A DNA stretch of 41,799 nucleotides, the filler included, from Bipalium vagum (Eukaryota): NCBI GenBank assembly GCA_037834085.1. It is 2 parts of 2 records of this genome, joined end to end, with 100 filler letters (N's around TTAATTAATTAA, not from the genome) between each part and the next. Parts side by side here need not be neighbours in the genome. Positions count along the whole stretch, not along the records: positions 1 to 24,471 come from JBBMKC010200941.1; positions 24,572 to 41,799 come from JBBMKC010074076.1. One strand, written 5' to 3'. The notes below the pieces were generated by a model. That model was not told the DNA's origin and ran no database searches. It saw only the letters and a list, made by a program, of their open reading frames with translations. Below are positions 24,119-37,023 of the stretch, one piece after another. The translations under genes and the position numbers were made by a program. The stretch's first letter is position 1. Each line of letters begins with the position of its first letter.

Positions 24119-24471
24119 TAGATTTTTAATTTTTAATATTTACAACAGATATTCAATAGATTCATATTTTGTATTCAAAGTGACTTCTTAGACTGCTTTC
24201 CATTTTCTTAATCGTGGAATCCAATTACTGTTGCATTTTGAGATACAACTGGTGTAATGTTATTGCAGGTATCTAGCAAGATGAGTAAGAAAATTAAATG
24301 CATCTAACCTGGATCTAAAATTTTTACAGAAAATATAATTGCATGTTACATGAAAAATCTAATACAGTGCGTTTCATAATCTTATCCGCACTTGTAATTT
24401 TGAAATATTCTATCCAGAAATAACAGAATTTCAAATGTTTTTACATTAGGAATAATGAATACATGTATTTA

Positions 24472-24571
24472 NNNNNNNNNNNNNNNNNNNNNNNNNNNNN
24501 NNNNNNNNNNNNNNNTTAATTAATTAANNNNNNNNNNNNNNNNNNNNNNNNNNNNNNNNNNNNNNNNNNNN
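24472..24571. other. Artificial contig spacer (44 N + TTAATTAATTAA + 44 N)
   Basis: Exactly 100 nt and symmetric; the 12-mer gives stops in all six frames. Confidence 0.9.

Positions 24572-24647
<76 letters not shown>
24572..24647. repeat. (ATT)n microsatellite at contig edge
   Basis: About 25 ATT units directly after the spacer. Confidence 0.9.
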
Positions 24648-24648
<1 letters not shown>

Positions 24649-25103
24649 TTAATAATTTTTAATATCTTATATACCTATATATTCTTATTTCTTCTTATTA
24701 GTAGTATCATTAACTTTTTTTATATATATTACTTTATTATTTTATAAAAATTATTGGAATAATGTTTCCGAGATATTCTTAGAATCTTTTATGTATTATT
24801 AAAATATTTTCTTTTTATTTTAGACATTGTATAAAGTAAGCGAATTTTTTTAGTTTCTTTATTTATCTTTTGTTTAATTTGTATAAAATCTTCATTATCA
24901 AAACTTGGTGTTCATTCTTATATCCGAAAAATTAACAATAATAGTAAAGTAAAGTAAAGTAAAAATAGTAAATAGTAAACATGAAATAATAAACAAAATA
25001 ATGGTCGTAATAAGAATGATAATAACAATAATAAATTAATAACGTAAATTTCCTTTTACATACTTTTAACTTTTCAAGATTCTTGAAAATTCTGTTCATC
25101 TAG

Positions 25104-28100
25104 GCAGGAAGTAAAGCTTCACGTCTGAGACCTTTGATAACATATAATGAAATAATGCACGAAGATCCTCGAGTTTGTATCCAGTCTTCCTTTAACGACA
25201 GACTTATTATGACTTACGGAGTAGAGGGTGTAATGCGGATTTTCGACACTAAAGATGAGGTTTCATGGTTTTCTTTGTGTTTTTCCATTCTTCAATTTTA
25301 TTCCAGAAAACCTGGACAAAAATCTCTGCTCACCAATTTAGATCTAACGGTGTAACTGAGTGCGCATTTAGTTGCGATTGTACAAACGTTTTGTCTTGTG
25401 GTAATGATAAGACCTTCGTTTGTCACAATCTTATGTAAGTTTGTTGCCGAATATGTTTTAACCTTTTCTTTCATAATTTTTTACTTTATTATTATTATTT
25501 AGATTATTATTATTATTTTTATTGTTATATTGACTATTGTATAATTATTATATCAATAACTAATTGTAACTATATAAGTTAAAATAATTTTCTTGTTTTA
25601 TTTTTTTGATGTTTTTAAAATTATTTTTTTCTATATTAATGATATTATTATTCGATTAGCAAAAAATTAATTGAAAATATGTTTGAAGAAACAAAACATG
25701 AAACTATATGAAACAATACACTTTTATTAAATAATGAATTGTCAATTGTTATCAAGGAGTTATAGTCATCCTTCCAGGAAACGTAAATTATCCTTGTTCA
25801 TGTAAACGTTTTGGCTTACCTGCAAAAAGTCAGATTTGACGTCATTATCTAGAATTTTTACATATAGCAAAAAAATGTTAATCGTTTGCTAATCTTGTGG
25901 ACGACCAAATTGCTGGTTATCTTTGAGTGAAAAATCAACCATTCAAAATAGACCAAACCAATTTCGACAAGCACGCTCCTTTCTATACAACTCATTTATT
26001 TTTGAAAGCTTCTGATGCATTTTATCCTTTCCGATAGTAGAAAAGTGAAATATGCCTCAAATGCATACTCCGATCTTTCAGAATAAAGCTGAAAAAAACC
26101 GAGAAATTAACTTAGTGATTAAAATTGAATCAATCGACTATCTTTTAATATTATTTAAACAATGATTATCATTTAAGATAGTTAAATTGAAGTTAAATGT
26201 CTTTACGTAAAATTAACAATTTGTTTCTTGCCATCCTAATATTTTAATAATAATATTATTCAATATATTTCCTTAAAATAGTGAATTTGACAATTGAGAG
26301 TCAATGTTTGAACCATGAACTTCACACCCTGGATATTTAAATATCAGTTTAACAAATTACAACAGTTTACAAAATTATTTCTAAAGATAATATATTGGCT
26401 AGTGAGCAATGTTTTCAAAATTTTTAGCATGGTATTTAATGATTATAGAACATATATACAGTCAAACCCGGTTATAAAGCACCCCCTTTATAAGGAAAAC
26501 CCCGTTATAAGGGACATTTTTGGGGACCAATTTTTATATAGAAAAACATCGTATCCCTCCGATATAAAGGGCAGTAAATTTATGAAATCTTCATTTAATT
26601 TTATGAAATCTTCATTTAAATTTATGAAATCTTCATTTTTGTTCAAAAATCTTTAAATAATAGTAAACCATTACAACAATAATAAATAACCAAGAAAAAT
26701 GTAAAATTCGCCAGCATCTACAACAGCACAAAAAAGCTAATTTGAAAGAGGTAGCAAAACATTTTTAAAATATTTTTGGTAAAGCTGTCAATTATAAAAC
26801 TATTTTAAAGCTTTCTAAAAGTGAGCCAACAACAAATTCAAATTAAATTGACTCCACAAAAAGAGCCAGGAAGCCTAAATATGAAGAATTGGAAAAATGT
26901 CTGCAGTTATCTATTAATCAACTTTCATCGAAAAATCGAAATGTGACTTAAGATGTTATGAAAGTTCAAGCTACTAAATTTGCTACTGAGCTGGTATTGA
27001 AATTTTTAAAGCATCCAACGGTTGGCTTCACCGATGAAAGCGGAAATATTATATATTATTAAATTAAATATATTAAATTCAATTGATAAGGGTCATTAAA
27101 GATTATCCGATATCTATAATATGTATGAAACTTGATTCAGTGTTGCAAGATATTCAGATTTCCATCGATAAAATTAATTTGGAATCTTCGTTATCAGCCG
27201 ATGAATATGTCTACCTTAATGATAATATTGACATTTGGGAGGAGCGGAATACCGAAGAGATTGTTGGAATTGTTAAATCAACGAATAATTTATCTTCAGA
27301 TGTAAAGGAATCTGTCAATGAACTAGTGCATATTCCAGGTAAAAAAGAAGTTGTTGATTATCTTAATACTATTAGGAGATTTCTTTGTTCAAATAATGCA
27401 TCAGCTGATGAAAATAATAATGTCTGAGAACACAATAGACAACCCCCGCTGTTAAGGACACCCCATTATAAGGGACATTTTCACGCTGTACGAACCTGTT
27501 CCTTATAACATGGTTTGATCATATATATATATATATATTTTATCATGCACACAATCTACATATTAATTTAGTACCTAATACTTTCAAAATTAATATAACT
27601 TTAATAATTTTTGAAATGGTTGTTGAAATTATAATATTTTGACTTCATTAGTTTACAAAGAAATTAGAAACAATTAGGAAAATATGGCTAAAGAACGAAA
27701 TTTTTTACAAAATTCTGTGCTGGTAATAAGTCTCAAAAATTGACTTTTTTGAACGATCGTTTACAGTTTGTAATGACAAAATCAATGCCAAGGTTTGGGG
27801 TTGTCAAATTATAACATGTCATAGTTAAAAGGAATTTAATAAATGATAAATAAGTGCGATATTCTATTTCCACTTTGCTAAGTAGAAACAAAAATGAGTG
27901 ATTTTTAAGTCGAATTGTTACAAATTAAAGATTCTTGTTCGAAATGAGCACTGAAAAATTAAATTTAGGCGTACAGTAACATGTCTGAATGTAGAATTGC
28001 ACCAAAAAGGATCATGTTATATACAGTAGAGTGCAGAAGTCTTTGTTCTAAGTATTTCTAATTTTTATTTACAAATTTTCACGGATGGTCTTCAATAGTA

Positions 28101-31100
28101 TATTTCTCTTTATTCTGGATATTGATGCTGGAGAACACTCACCGATATTCCAAAAATTCAAAATAACTGAAAGACTTGCTATCATTCTAATTGATTTTTG
28201 TTGTGACGACATTTTTATTAAAACAAATCTCTAAAGGTAAGAAATATATTTATAACCATTGACATATTTATAGATTTATTTTTATGACTAACCATATTTG
28301 CGAAAACTTATTTCAAATAACAACAAATATACATTTAAAAAGTTGACACAATATATAGAGGGCAAAGACTTTCATACTCTACCGTATCTGGTTGAATCGG
28401 TAGTGAATAATTTATGAATTTCGACAAGACAATCAAACAAATATTCTGAACGCTACTGTGCGAAATTGCAGTCTAAGAGTATCCCTTGAAAAATGTACAA
28501 ATTGGCCAATAAAAATGAAAAGATATTTCACCAGAACAATGCAAGTACGTCAAGGTTTTATGAATTCTTCATAAATTGAATGAATTTTGATGAAATATTC
28601 TTATACTCCATTCATATTGTTCAGATATGACATTTCAGTTTATTATTTGTTTCGATCGACGCAGAACTATGCTAATGTAACACGATTCCAGTCTCTGATT
28701 TTTCTTATCTAAATCCAAAAATTTTAATATTTTTTTTTATAATTATTGAAAACAATGAGAAGCATCTAACTAATTAACATTTGAATAAGCATAAAGTTTT
28801 AAATTGTATCTTCTTTTAAATTTGGTAAAAGATTATGTACCTATCGAATAAAAAATCTAAAATCATCATAATATTCAACCTTATAAACTCAATTTTTTAA
28901 AGTTATAAAAATGTTTATATAAAGATATACATAAGTTATTTCTATTCAATTTCTAGTCTTTTAATTTCTAACGATTCCAATTTTTTTTCTCCATTGAGTA
29001 AATATTCATATTTAGATTGCCTACTTCAACAAAAGCTTCCATTGAACAAGATTACAATGTACTTGTTTCTAAAAATGAAATTAAAATACTTCAACAAACT
29101 GAAGAGATGGATCTCATGACAAACATGAGCGCCGATTTACCGAATGAGAATGAAGAACCTTCCATGAAAAGTGCAAAATCAGAGGCAGGGGAAGTGAGAA
29201 CATGGAGCGAACAAAGAGTCTTCGAACATCAGTCTGAAGAGGATCAACAGTATCACGAATTGAAAGATTCAATTCAACATGGCATTAGGTCAATTCGTAA
29301 AACTGTACATTTTTATAACTTTAAATCAAACTAGTTATGTTAACATTTGGACTTTTTGCATATTTAGATAGAAGATATGTTGGAAGAAAACGATAAGTTG
29401 AGTGATTTGGAAACGATAGATCGCCAAGAATTTGAGCTGGATATTGATATGAAGAAAAAGATCCACGGGGATATTGAAAACCAAATTAAAGAGGTTTGTT
29501 GACAAAAATTGATGGTTTGTCTAACTGTCTGGATTCTTATTATTAATTTTTTATTATTATTATGATCATTAATTATTATTCTAAGGTAGCCGATGAAATT
29601 GAACAAAAAAATCTGGCGAAACAATTCATATGGAGTGTTATCAAGAAAGAATGTTGGGACCAAATGACAGTGAAAGGTAGAGTGCTGAAGGCCTTTAATT
29701 CCAATATCGAAGTAACCAACTTTCCGATGAAAGACCGAGTTCAAAGGGTTTTGGATGAAATCGATATGGTTGTTAAACGTCGAATGATAGAAATTGAGGA
29801 TGCTAATGAAAGAAAAATTCATAGTGAACATCTGCAGAAAACTGGCTTGGTAAGAAATGATTGAATGTTAAGAATATTTGAGTTTGATCTTAGATTTTTA
29901 TAAATTTTAACTAGTTTAAAAAGAATTTGTGAAATTATAATTTTATTATTATCCTTGTTATTGTTCTTGTTCTTGTTCTTGTTCTTGTTCTTCTTATTAC
30001 TATTATTAAAATGATAATGTATTTTAAATAATTAATAATAATTTAAATAATCATTGATATTTTAAATAATAATTTTTCACTTATTTTTATATTGATTCTA
30101 CTATAAATGGTCTTAGCAAATAAATCATTTTTCTTGTTTGAAATAATGTCTTTATTTATAAGAAATATATTTATTGTATCTTTGTTTTCAATATATTATA
30201 TCAGTCAATTTTTGTAACCATTTTTATTCATAATTATGAGTTATGTTCTAATTATCGCATGAAAGGAAATATATATATATATATATACACACAGGATGAC
30301 CAGAAAATATCCGGACAAAGTTTGCTGTGTCCTTGAAAGAAACTTTTTTGTTTTATTAATATAATTTTTCGTTTTTTGAAATCTAGGTACGTTTTAGTAC
30401 TATGATTTTTTTCTTTGTTTAAATATTGATCATATTTAGTATTATTTTTAAATTTCAAATAAACGTGAATTTTTTCTTTCCGGAAAAAGTCAAAGTGAAA
30501 TTAGTCATCATCAGTCATTCATATTTAAAACAATACACTTTAATTACCTAAACGACGGTCAAATTTTTAATTTCACATTTCAGAATTTTACAAAATATTT
30601 AAATTAAACACACAAAATATTATATAAACTGTGTGCAATAAAAATTTTTATTTTTCCATTGTTGATGCTAAAATCGAAGTTTTTTCTTATATATAATATT
30701 TTCTTTAAAACGAAGATATTTTCATTTTCCTCTGCATCAGATGTCACAAGAAATGAAGCGAAATAAATTTTATGTACCTCTTGTGAGTTCAATTCATTTT
30801 ATCTCCCAACCCCAAGGATTTTTATTTATTTCATTTGTTTCATTTTAACAAATTACTAATTTTTATTCAGAAGAGATTAAAAGATAAACCCCTTAAAAGC
30901 GAAGTATATGTGATTGATTGTTATTGTTTTCGTTTTCCTGGTGTTATCGATATTACCAAACGATTTATTTGTTCGATTTTTGTGCTTGACATATATTTTA
31001 CGGTAACGTTTACTCAATACATATATCATAGAGTTCCGAAGATGCAGAAGAAATGGATGAAGAAGAATCAAAAGAATTAATGCATATTTCTAAAGATGGT

Positions 31101-34100
31101 AATATTTGGTTTATTGTTGACAAGTTGTGTACGTAGGAGGTCTAAACTTTTTAGATTTAAAAATATTCTTAAAAACCAATTCGATAAATCTAACTTCTGA
31201 ATTTTATATTTAATTTGTTGAAATATATTTTATTATTGTTTTATCAGATGTTAGACTAAATTCTTATCGATACTATATTGAATTTTTAGTATAGATTTAT
31301 ATACAATGTTAATGTTTCACATAGTCTTTCTTATTTATCAATAGACTATTATTTTAAAAATAAAATCAATCTCGTGTCTCTAAAAGGAGAGAAATTATAG
31401 AATTTTAATATGGTTTATTTTTCAATTTAATTATAGTTTAATTAAAGTTATTTTTATATTTATCACAAAAAATATTACAGAATTTTGAATTAAATAAATA
31501 TTTTATTGTTTAAAATAAATAAATATTCTCATTTTATAATAATGAAATCTTATTGGTTGGTTTTGGCATCAATTAAAAAATGATACTAATATTAATTTCT
31601 TAATTATTAATAATTTTAATGTTTTTGAGAATGATATCAGTTTGAATTCTATTTATTATTTATTTAATTAATTCGTTGAATATAAAGTGTGAAATTATTG
31701 AATGTTCAATTTTAATAATATTTTAACAACAAAGTATTTTATCGGTTTCTATTTATTCTTAATTCTATTAATAATCTAGTATTTATCAAAATATAAAAAA
31801 ATATAAACTATAAATTTTTTTCTAAAGATTTTACAATTATAATTACAATAAAAATTAAAAATAAAATAAATATATCAAAAATATTTTGTTTGAATATGTA
31901 AATGTGAGAGAAATATTTCATTATTATATTTCATTTTAAATAGCTTAATTATTAAATGAAAAAATTATTTATTTTTTGATAATAAAATGTTTAATTTTCT
32001 GATAAATATCTTTAAAATATTTTTAATAAATTAAATTATTATAAAAACTATTTTTTTAAAATTATATCAAAAATCAATATAAAAAATAATTTTTTTAAAG
32101 TGTTTGGAGGAGATAAATCTTCATATAATTCTTTATTAAAGTTGGAATGATATTAATATAAGAAGATTATCATTATCTTCTTTAATTTCTAATTCAGATA
32201 TTTTTCAAGAAATAATTTTTAAAATATTTTTAATAAATTAAAAATTCTTTTAAAAACTAATTAGACAGCGTTTCGAGCAATGCAAAATATCTCTATTCTC
32301 AAATGGAATTGGAAACCCGCGATCAGAAAATTTACCAAATTATTTTGATCAATGTAAAACTTAAATATTTTGATCAAAAAATTGTTATTAAGTGATTTTA
32401 TTTTTCAGGATTTAATACATCAAACCAAACTCCAATTTAACAAAGAATTCACGGACGTATTTAATAAAAAAGAACAGGAAATCAATAGAATCAAGGAGAA
32501 AAATGCAAGAATCGTAAAGATTTTGTATGATATCGACATGGCACATTTAATTCAACCCGATCCGGAGTTGTCTTGTTTGGAGAAACCGGAAAAGCTGTTG
32601 GTTGTAGAAGACCATGAAATTAAAGTCGAAAGATATCTTACTGAAGAACAGAAGCGAAAATTGGAAGAGGACCGATTGGCTGAAGAAGAAAGAAGAAGAA
32701 AAGAAAAATTAGACAATTGGAGAGAAAGAGGATTAGACGATATGATGGGTGGGGTTTTGGAAGTGAAAAGAGAAGATGAATTAAAGAAAGATATTCCCAA
32801 GCCTTTGTTTTTATTGGCTGGTAAACCTCAAGAAGAATGGACAGATGAGGAAAAGAAAATATTTGAAGAATATGAAAAGAAAGTGAAAGAACTGAACGAT
32901 GAAAGAGAAAAATATAAAAAAGTAACGTAAAAATAAAATTTAATAAATATACATATGTTCAAACATTTTTCTTAGCAACTGGAAGCTGAGTACAAAAAAT
33001 TGTCCGGTTTTATTGATGATGCCAAAGCTGGATTTGACGAGATACTTCTGAACCTGTTTAATCGTGAAATAGCAGTCCAAATGACAATTTACCAAGAAAG
33101 GATCAAGATATTTAGGTTGCAATGGTCTTTGTTAGTCGATGAAGAGCTTACGTCGCGTGCTAAAGAAATCAAAAATTTAAAGGAATCCAATAATAACGAT
33201 ATTAAGAAAGTGAGATAGTTCGGTTGATAAATCAATAAAGTAAATATGAAATTAAAAATAACCGATTAAAAATCAATAAAAAAATTTATAAGAGGGTTTT
33301 TGATGTTACAGAACTCAGAGGGTCACTTGACCAAAATGCCTTAATAAATTATTTGCTGGGTTTTGAGGATGATGCACCAAATGGTTATTTTCTCTTTTTT
33401 CCCAGTACTGCGTTTAGTCAAACAATCGAATTTTTATAATTATAATATAAAAAATTGATAATACTATAAAATTACAATAATTTCTTTTAATTGTAAAATT
33501 AAATTAATTTTTGATTAATTATAATAAATATTTTAAAATATTCTAACATATACGTATTTTAAATGATATGTAAACTTAAATATTATATCGAATTTTATTT
33601 TACTATAACTTTTCTTTGTTAAGGTCAAAGATATTGTAAAAGCCTCTAAAACCATCATGGAACAAGCTCAAGAGGCTTATGATACATTAGTAGCTGAAGA
33701 GAAGGTGATGGACAAGGCTTTCAGAAGAGAATTTATTGACATTCATGGTTCGATGTTTGATCACATAACGAAATTATATAAACGCAGACCCAGGTAAGAT
33801 TCATTTATTTTATATGTAATAATTGATTAACTGATATTGTTGCGATTCTTTTCAAAGTTTTATAAGCTTTCTCTTTTATTTTAATTATATTAGACTATCA
33901 CATATTTGGTTCAGAAAATTATTGGTAACCAAGAATATACAATTTGCATTGATTCATTAAAACTATTCCAAGATTTGTTTAAGGACAAGACACTCGAAAT
34001 TGTAGTTAAGAACTTTCAGTTAATCCGGACAGAAATTCTTGGTAATATCAATTCGAATTAAACACAGTCTACTGTAATTAAAAATGAATAAATAATTAAA

Positions 34101-36549
34101 AAAACGTTTTTTAATCAATGACATTCTAGTCATAGAATTTTGATTGGAAAACAAAAAATATTCAAAATACAATGGACTGTAAATGAAGAAGATTTAAAAT
34201 CTAGAAATGGGTGGTTGATATTCCCCAAAACATTTGATGGGCACACTTCAAGAAGACATTTTTTTTGTTTTCCGTTTAAATCATGAGACACCATTTTGCC
34301 AGGCTACCTCACCTTGACCAATTCATCTAGATAATTCAGAACTGTTGAGTCACTAACGTGGAACTGTTATTTGATCTCTCGATTTGTTAGAATTTGGTTT
34401 AACTTAATCAACATATTAAATTTGTCATTGTCCACTGAAACATGACTTCCGTGATCATTTTCATAAGCAGGTTTGAACGCTAGGTAAACATTGTTCATTA
34501 ACTGTTCCCTGGTCAATTGCACCATTGTTATTTTGGCTGGCCTTTACAAACCATGGACTGTTTTGAATTCATCAACATAAATCGCTCTTAGATATATTTT
34601 ATCCATGTTTGAATTTTTTGCTAAAAAGTTGTAATACATTAAGCAAATATTTTTGAAATATAACTATTGGACGTAATATTATTTAACATATTTTTTATTT
34701 CATTTAAAAAGCTCATTTGAACTTAATTTGCTTGGCTTTAAAGTTGAATATTAGTCCTAACATTATGTTTCGACCATCCTGATATTTTTATCTGTTATTT
34801 TTATTATTATATTGTATATAAGGTAATTTTATTTTTTAAATGCTGTGTCAGATATTTATCAGTCATAAATATTATATATAATATTTTACATTTTGATAAA
34901 AGATAAGGTTCTTTAGAAGAATTTTGAAGACAGTTGATGTCAAGCGAAAGTGCAGAATTGAAAATTAAAAAAAATTGTATATCAGCCTGATCTCAATCAT
35001 TTGTATTCTTCCAATCATTTAGGAATAGACTACTCGGGACACAAATTATCCCAGCCAGTCAGATGCCAAATTTCTCGAAATATAATCCATATTTAGCCCG
35101 AGCAGCCTCTGGAAAGCAGAAGCAATTCCAGTTGGAGACTTTGAAACAGGCCATTCAAGATCTCGATAATCAAGACGCCAATGATGGTTTGGATTCCTCT
35201 TTGTTTGAGAGATTGTGCAAATCAAGAAAAAAAAGAATAATGAAAGAGTTTGAAATAAAACAAATGGCTCTGGAAATGGCAGAAATGCAAGCCTTCGTTC
35301 AAGTAAGAATGCAGATTTTTGTATTTCAAATATTTTGTTTTAATAAAATAATACTTGGTTTTCTTTGACTGTTACTGATTACTGAATATTATTCGTTAAA
35401 GTTCAGGATCATCAATAAAAAATAAGTTAAATTAAAATTGAGAAAAATGCTCTTTGAGAAAGAACTCTTTACAAACATGCAAACCCAATTTTCCAGCCCT
35501 AATTATTTAAATATCAAACTAGTTAATGATAAATGGATACTTTTTTGCTTTAGTGTCGATTAGAGGAAGAAAAGAATCTGGAAAACAATGACTTACATCT
35601 AGACAGCCTAATGGAAACGCTGGAAATATACCGGTACCAGTTTCATGTAAACAAGGAATTGCAACTGATCGTGAAACAGGGACAAGTGGAAGTCAATGCC
35701 ATACCGGGTTTCATACACGATTTCACTGAATCGATTTTATTGCATCGTTCAACCATTGAGGATTTGAATAAGGAGATCAAAGAATTAGGTCTCAATAAAG
35801 TCAAGCATATGACCAAAGCCAAGGATTCGAAAAAGAAATTCATTCATTTGGAATGGTAAGTTGCAAAGAAATCTTTTAATGAGGTTTTGAAATCGATTAT
35901 TTTCACAAGGGAACTGAGAAGAATGTTGATGGAATATGAGGACCTGGTGGTGAAAATGAAAGAGATTCAATGCTTTAAAATAACAAAAGAAGTTCAAAGG
36001 GTATATATTTTTTATTTGTGTTTGATATTTTTTTCTATGATTATTTTAGAAAATAATATTTAGATTAATATGANNNNNNNNNNNNNNNNNNNNNNNNNNN
36101 NNNNNNNNNNNNNNNNNNNNNNNNNNNNNNNNNNNNNNNNNNNNNNNNNNNNNNNNNNNNNNNNNNNNNNNNNNNNNNNNNNNNNNNNNNNNNNNNNNNN
36201 NNNNNNNNNNNNNNNNNNNNNNNNNNTATTTAATCAGGGTCCTGAGATTTTATAATTTTTAGTATTTGGCAACCAATGATTACGATGGCTTGATTAATGC
36301 CGAAATTCAGAAAATGGAACAGACTATAAACCACTTGAAGATGGTAATATAAGATTATTGGTCTATTTGATTAGACTAATACGTTGTTTAAGCATCAAGA
36401 GAAGAATCTGGATCAGAAAAAAACTCGCTTGAAATATATCGTGGACACGAAGCTGGTCAAAATAAAAAATGAGAATGAAGACATTAGCAATCAGCTGACA
36501 GAACTGAATGTGCAGGTCAACGAAAGAAAGCACATTTCCTATGGTTTTC
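25104..36549 (+). CDS. CFAP43: Cilia- and flagella-associated protein 43 (WDR96), partial: last WD40 repeats plus coiled-coil C-terminal part
   Basis: 16 phase-consistent exons: 25104-25259, 25307-25434, 29016-29304, 29368-29493, 29586-29849, 30871-30903, 31032-31098, 32265-32353, 32409-32921, 32976-33209, 33624-33793, 35023-35302, 35554-35855, 35910-36000, 36263-36343, 36393-36549. Recalled CFAP43 motifs: IKKECWDQMTVKGR, LYSQMELETRDQKIYQIILI, DNWRERGLDDMMGGVLEVKREDELKKDIPKP, LYKRRPR, QLIVKQGQVEV, FIHLEWE. Confidence 0.92.
25760..26100 (-). mobile_element. mariner N-terminal fragment in CFAP43 intron
   Basis: Minus strand: 'MHLRHISLFYYRKG*NASEAFK...CRNWF...DFSLKDNQQFGRP'. Confidence 0.7.
26459..27520 (+). 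mobile_element. Internally deleted pogo/Tigger-like element
   Basis: TA-CAGTCAAACCCGGTTATAA left TIR and TTATAACATGGTTTGA right TIR; subterminal CCCC.TTATAAGGGACA repeats at both ends; CENP-B HTH remnants 'KRARKPKYEELEKCL' and 'FKASNGWLHR'; DDE domain deleted; internal ~21-bp x3 tandem at ~26577-26640. Confidence 0.85.
27700..28690 (+). mobile_element. Decayed mariner element interrupted by a MITE
   Basis: 'STLLSRNKNE*FLSRIVT' and 'PKRIML' before the MITE; 'IFHQNNA' and 'YYLFRSTQN' after it. Confidence 0.6.
28024..28384. mobile_element. Tc1/mariner-type MITE (~360 bp)
   Basis: TA-CAGTAGAGTGCAGAAGTCTTTG ... CAAAGACTTTCATACTCTACCG-TA inverted termini. Confidence 0.75.
34230..34784 (-). mobile_element. 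mariner 5' fragment in CFAP43 intron
   Basis: Minus strand: 'MDKIYLRAIYVDEFK...FHVSDSTVLNYLDEL...GKMVSHDLNGKQKKCLLEVC' (cf. WVPHEL); TIR-like TATCAGGATGGTCGAA near 34784. Confidence 0.7.
36074..36226. other. Assembly gap (N run) inside a CFAP43 intron
   Basis: 153 N; the flanking exons remain in phase. Confidence 0.95.
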
Positions 36550-36945
36550 GTGAGTGTTTCGTCCATTGCTTTGGAAAATATAATTCATTTTAAAATTAAT
36601 AATCGATAAAAAGTGCTTGATTCGCAACTCTCTCTTTTCTCATCTATGCCCTGCATGCTCCTGAGGAAAACGATGATTTTAAAAGAAAAATTAATATTTA
36701 CTTATTGAATTTCAATCTTTTATAAATCAATCGGTTTTGCTCTAGCTGGGTCTTTCACAAGAAGTTTAGAATAAGATGTTTTTGGAATTTCTTCCTTTAC
36801 AATTTGGAAAGGATTTTCGAATTTTCATTTCTCACTAAATTCATTTTGATTTTCCTAAAATTAAAAATTTTCTTAAATTAAATTTAATCAATACAATATC
36901 TAGCATTACTAAGCATTTAAAATTAATGGTTTTTATTAACAGTCA

Positions 36946-36961
36946 ATTATTATTATTCTTA

Positions 36962-37022
<61 letters not shown>
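36946..37022. repeat. (ATT)n microsatellite
   Basis: Tandem ATT run. Confidence 0.9.

Positions 37023-37023
<1 letters not shown>

Noticed and set aside
26577-26640. Short tandem repeat as a CRISPR-like array
   Set aside because: Three adjacent ~21-bp units without spacers, inside a Tigger-like element in a eukaryotic context.
36070-36255. 61-aa ORF of X residues
   Set aside because: Artefact of the N gap.
29364-36566. Minus-strand ORFs 29364..29831, 30877..31071, 32552..32800, 32940..33122, 35643..35843, 35785..35997, 36363..36566
   Set aside because: Antisense shadows of CFAP43 exons.
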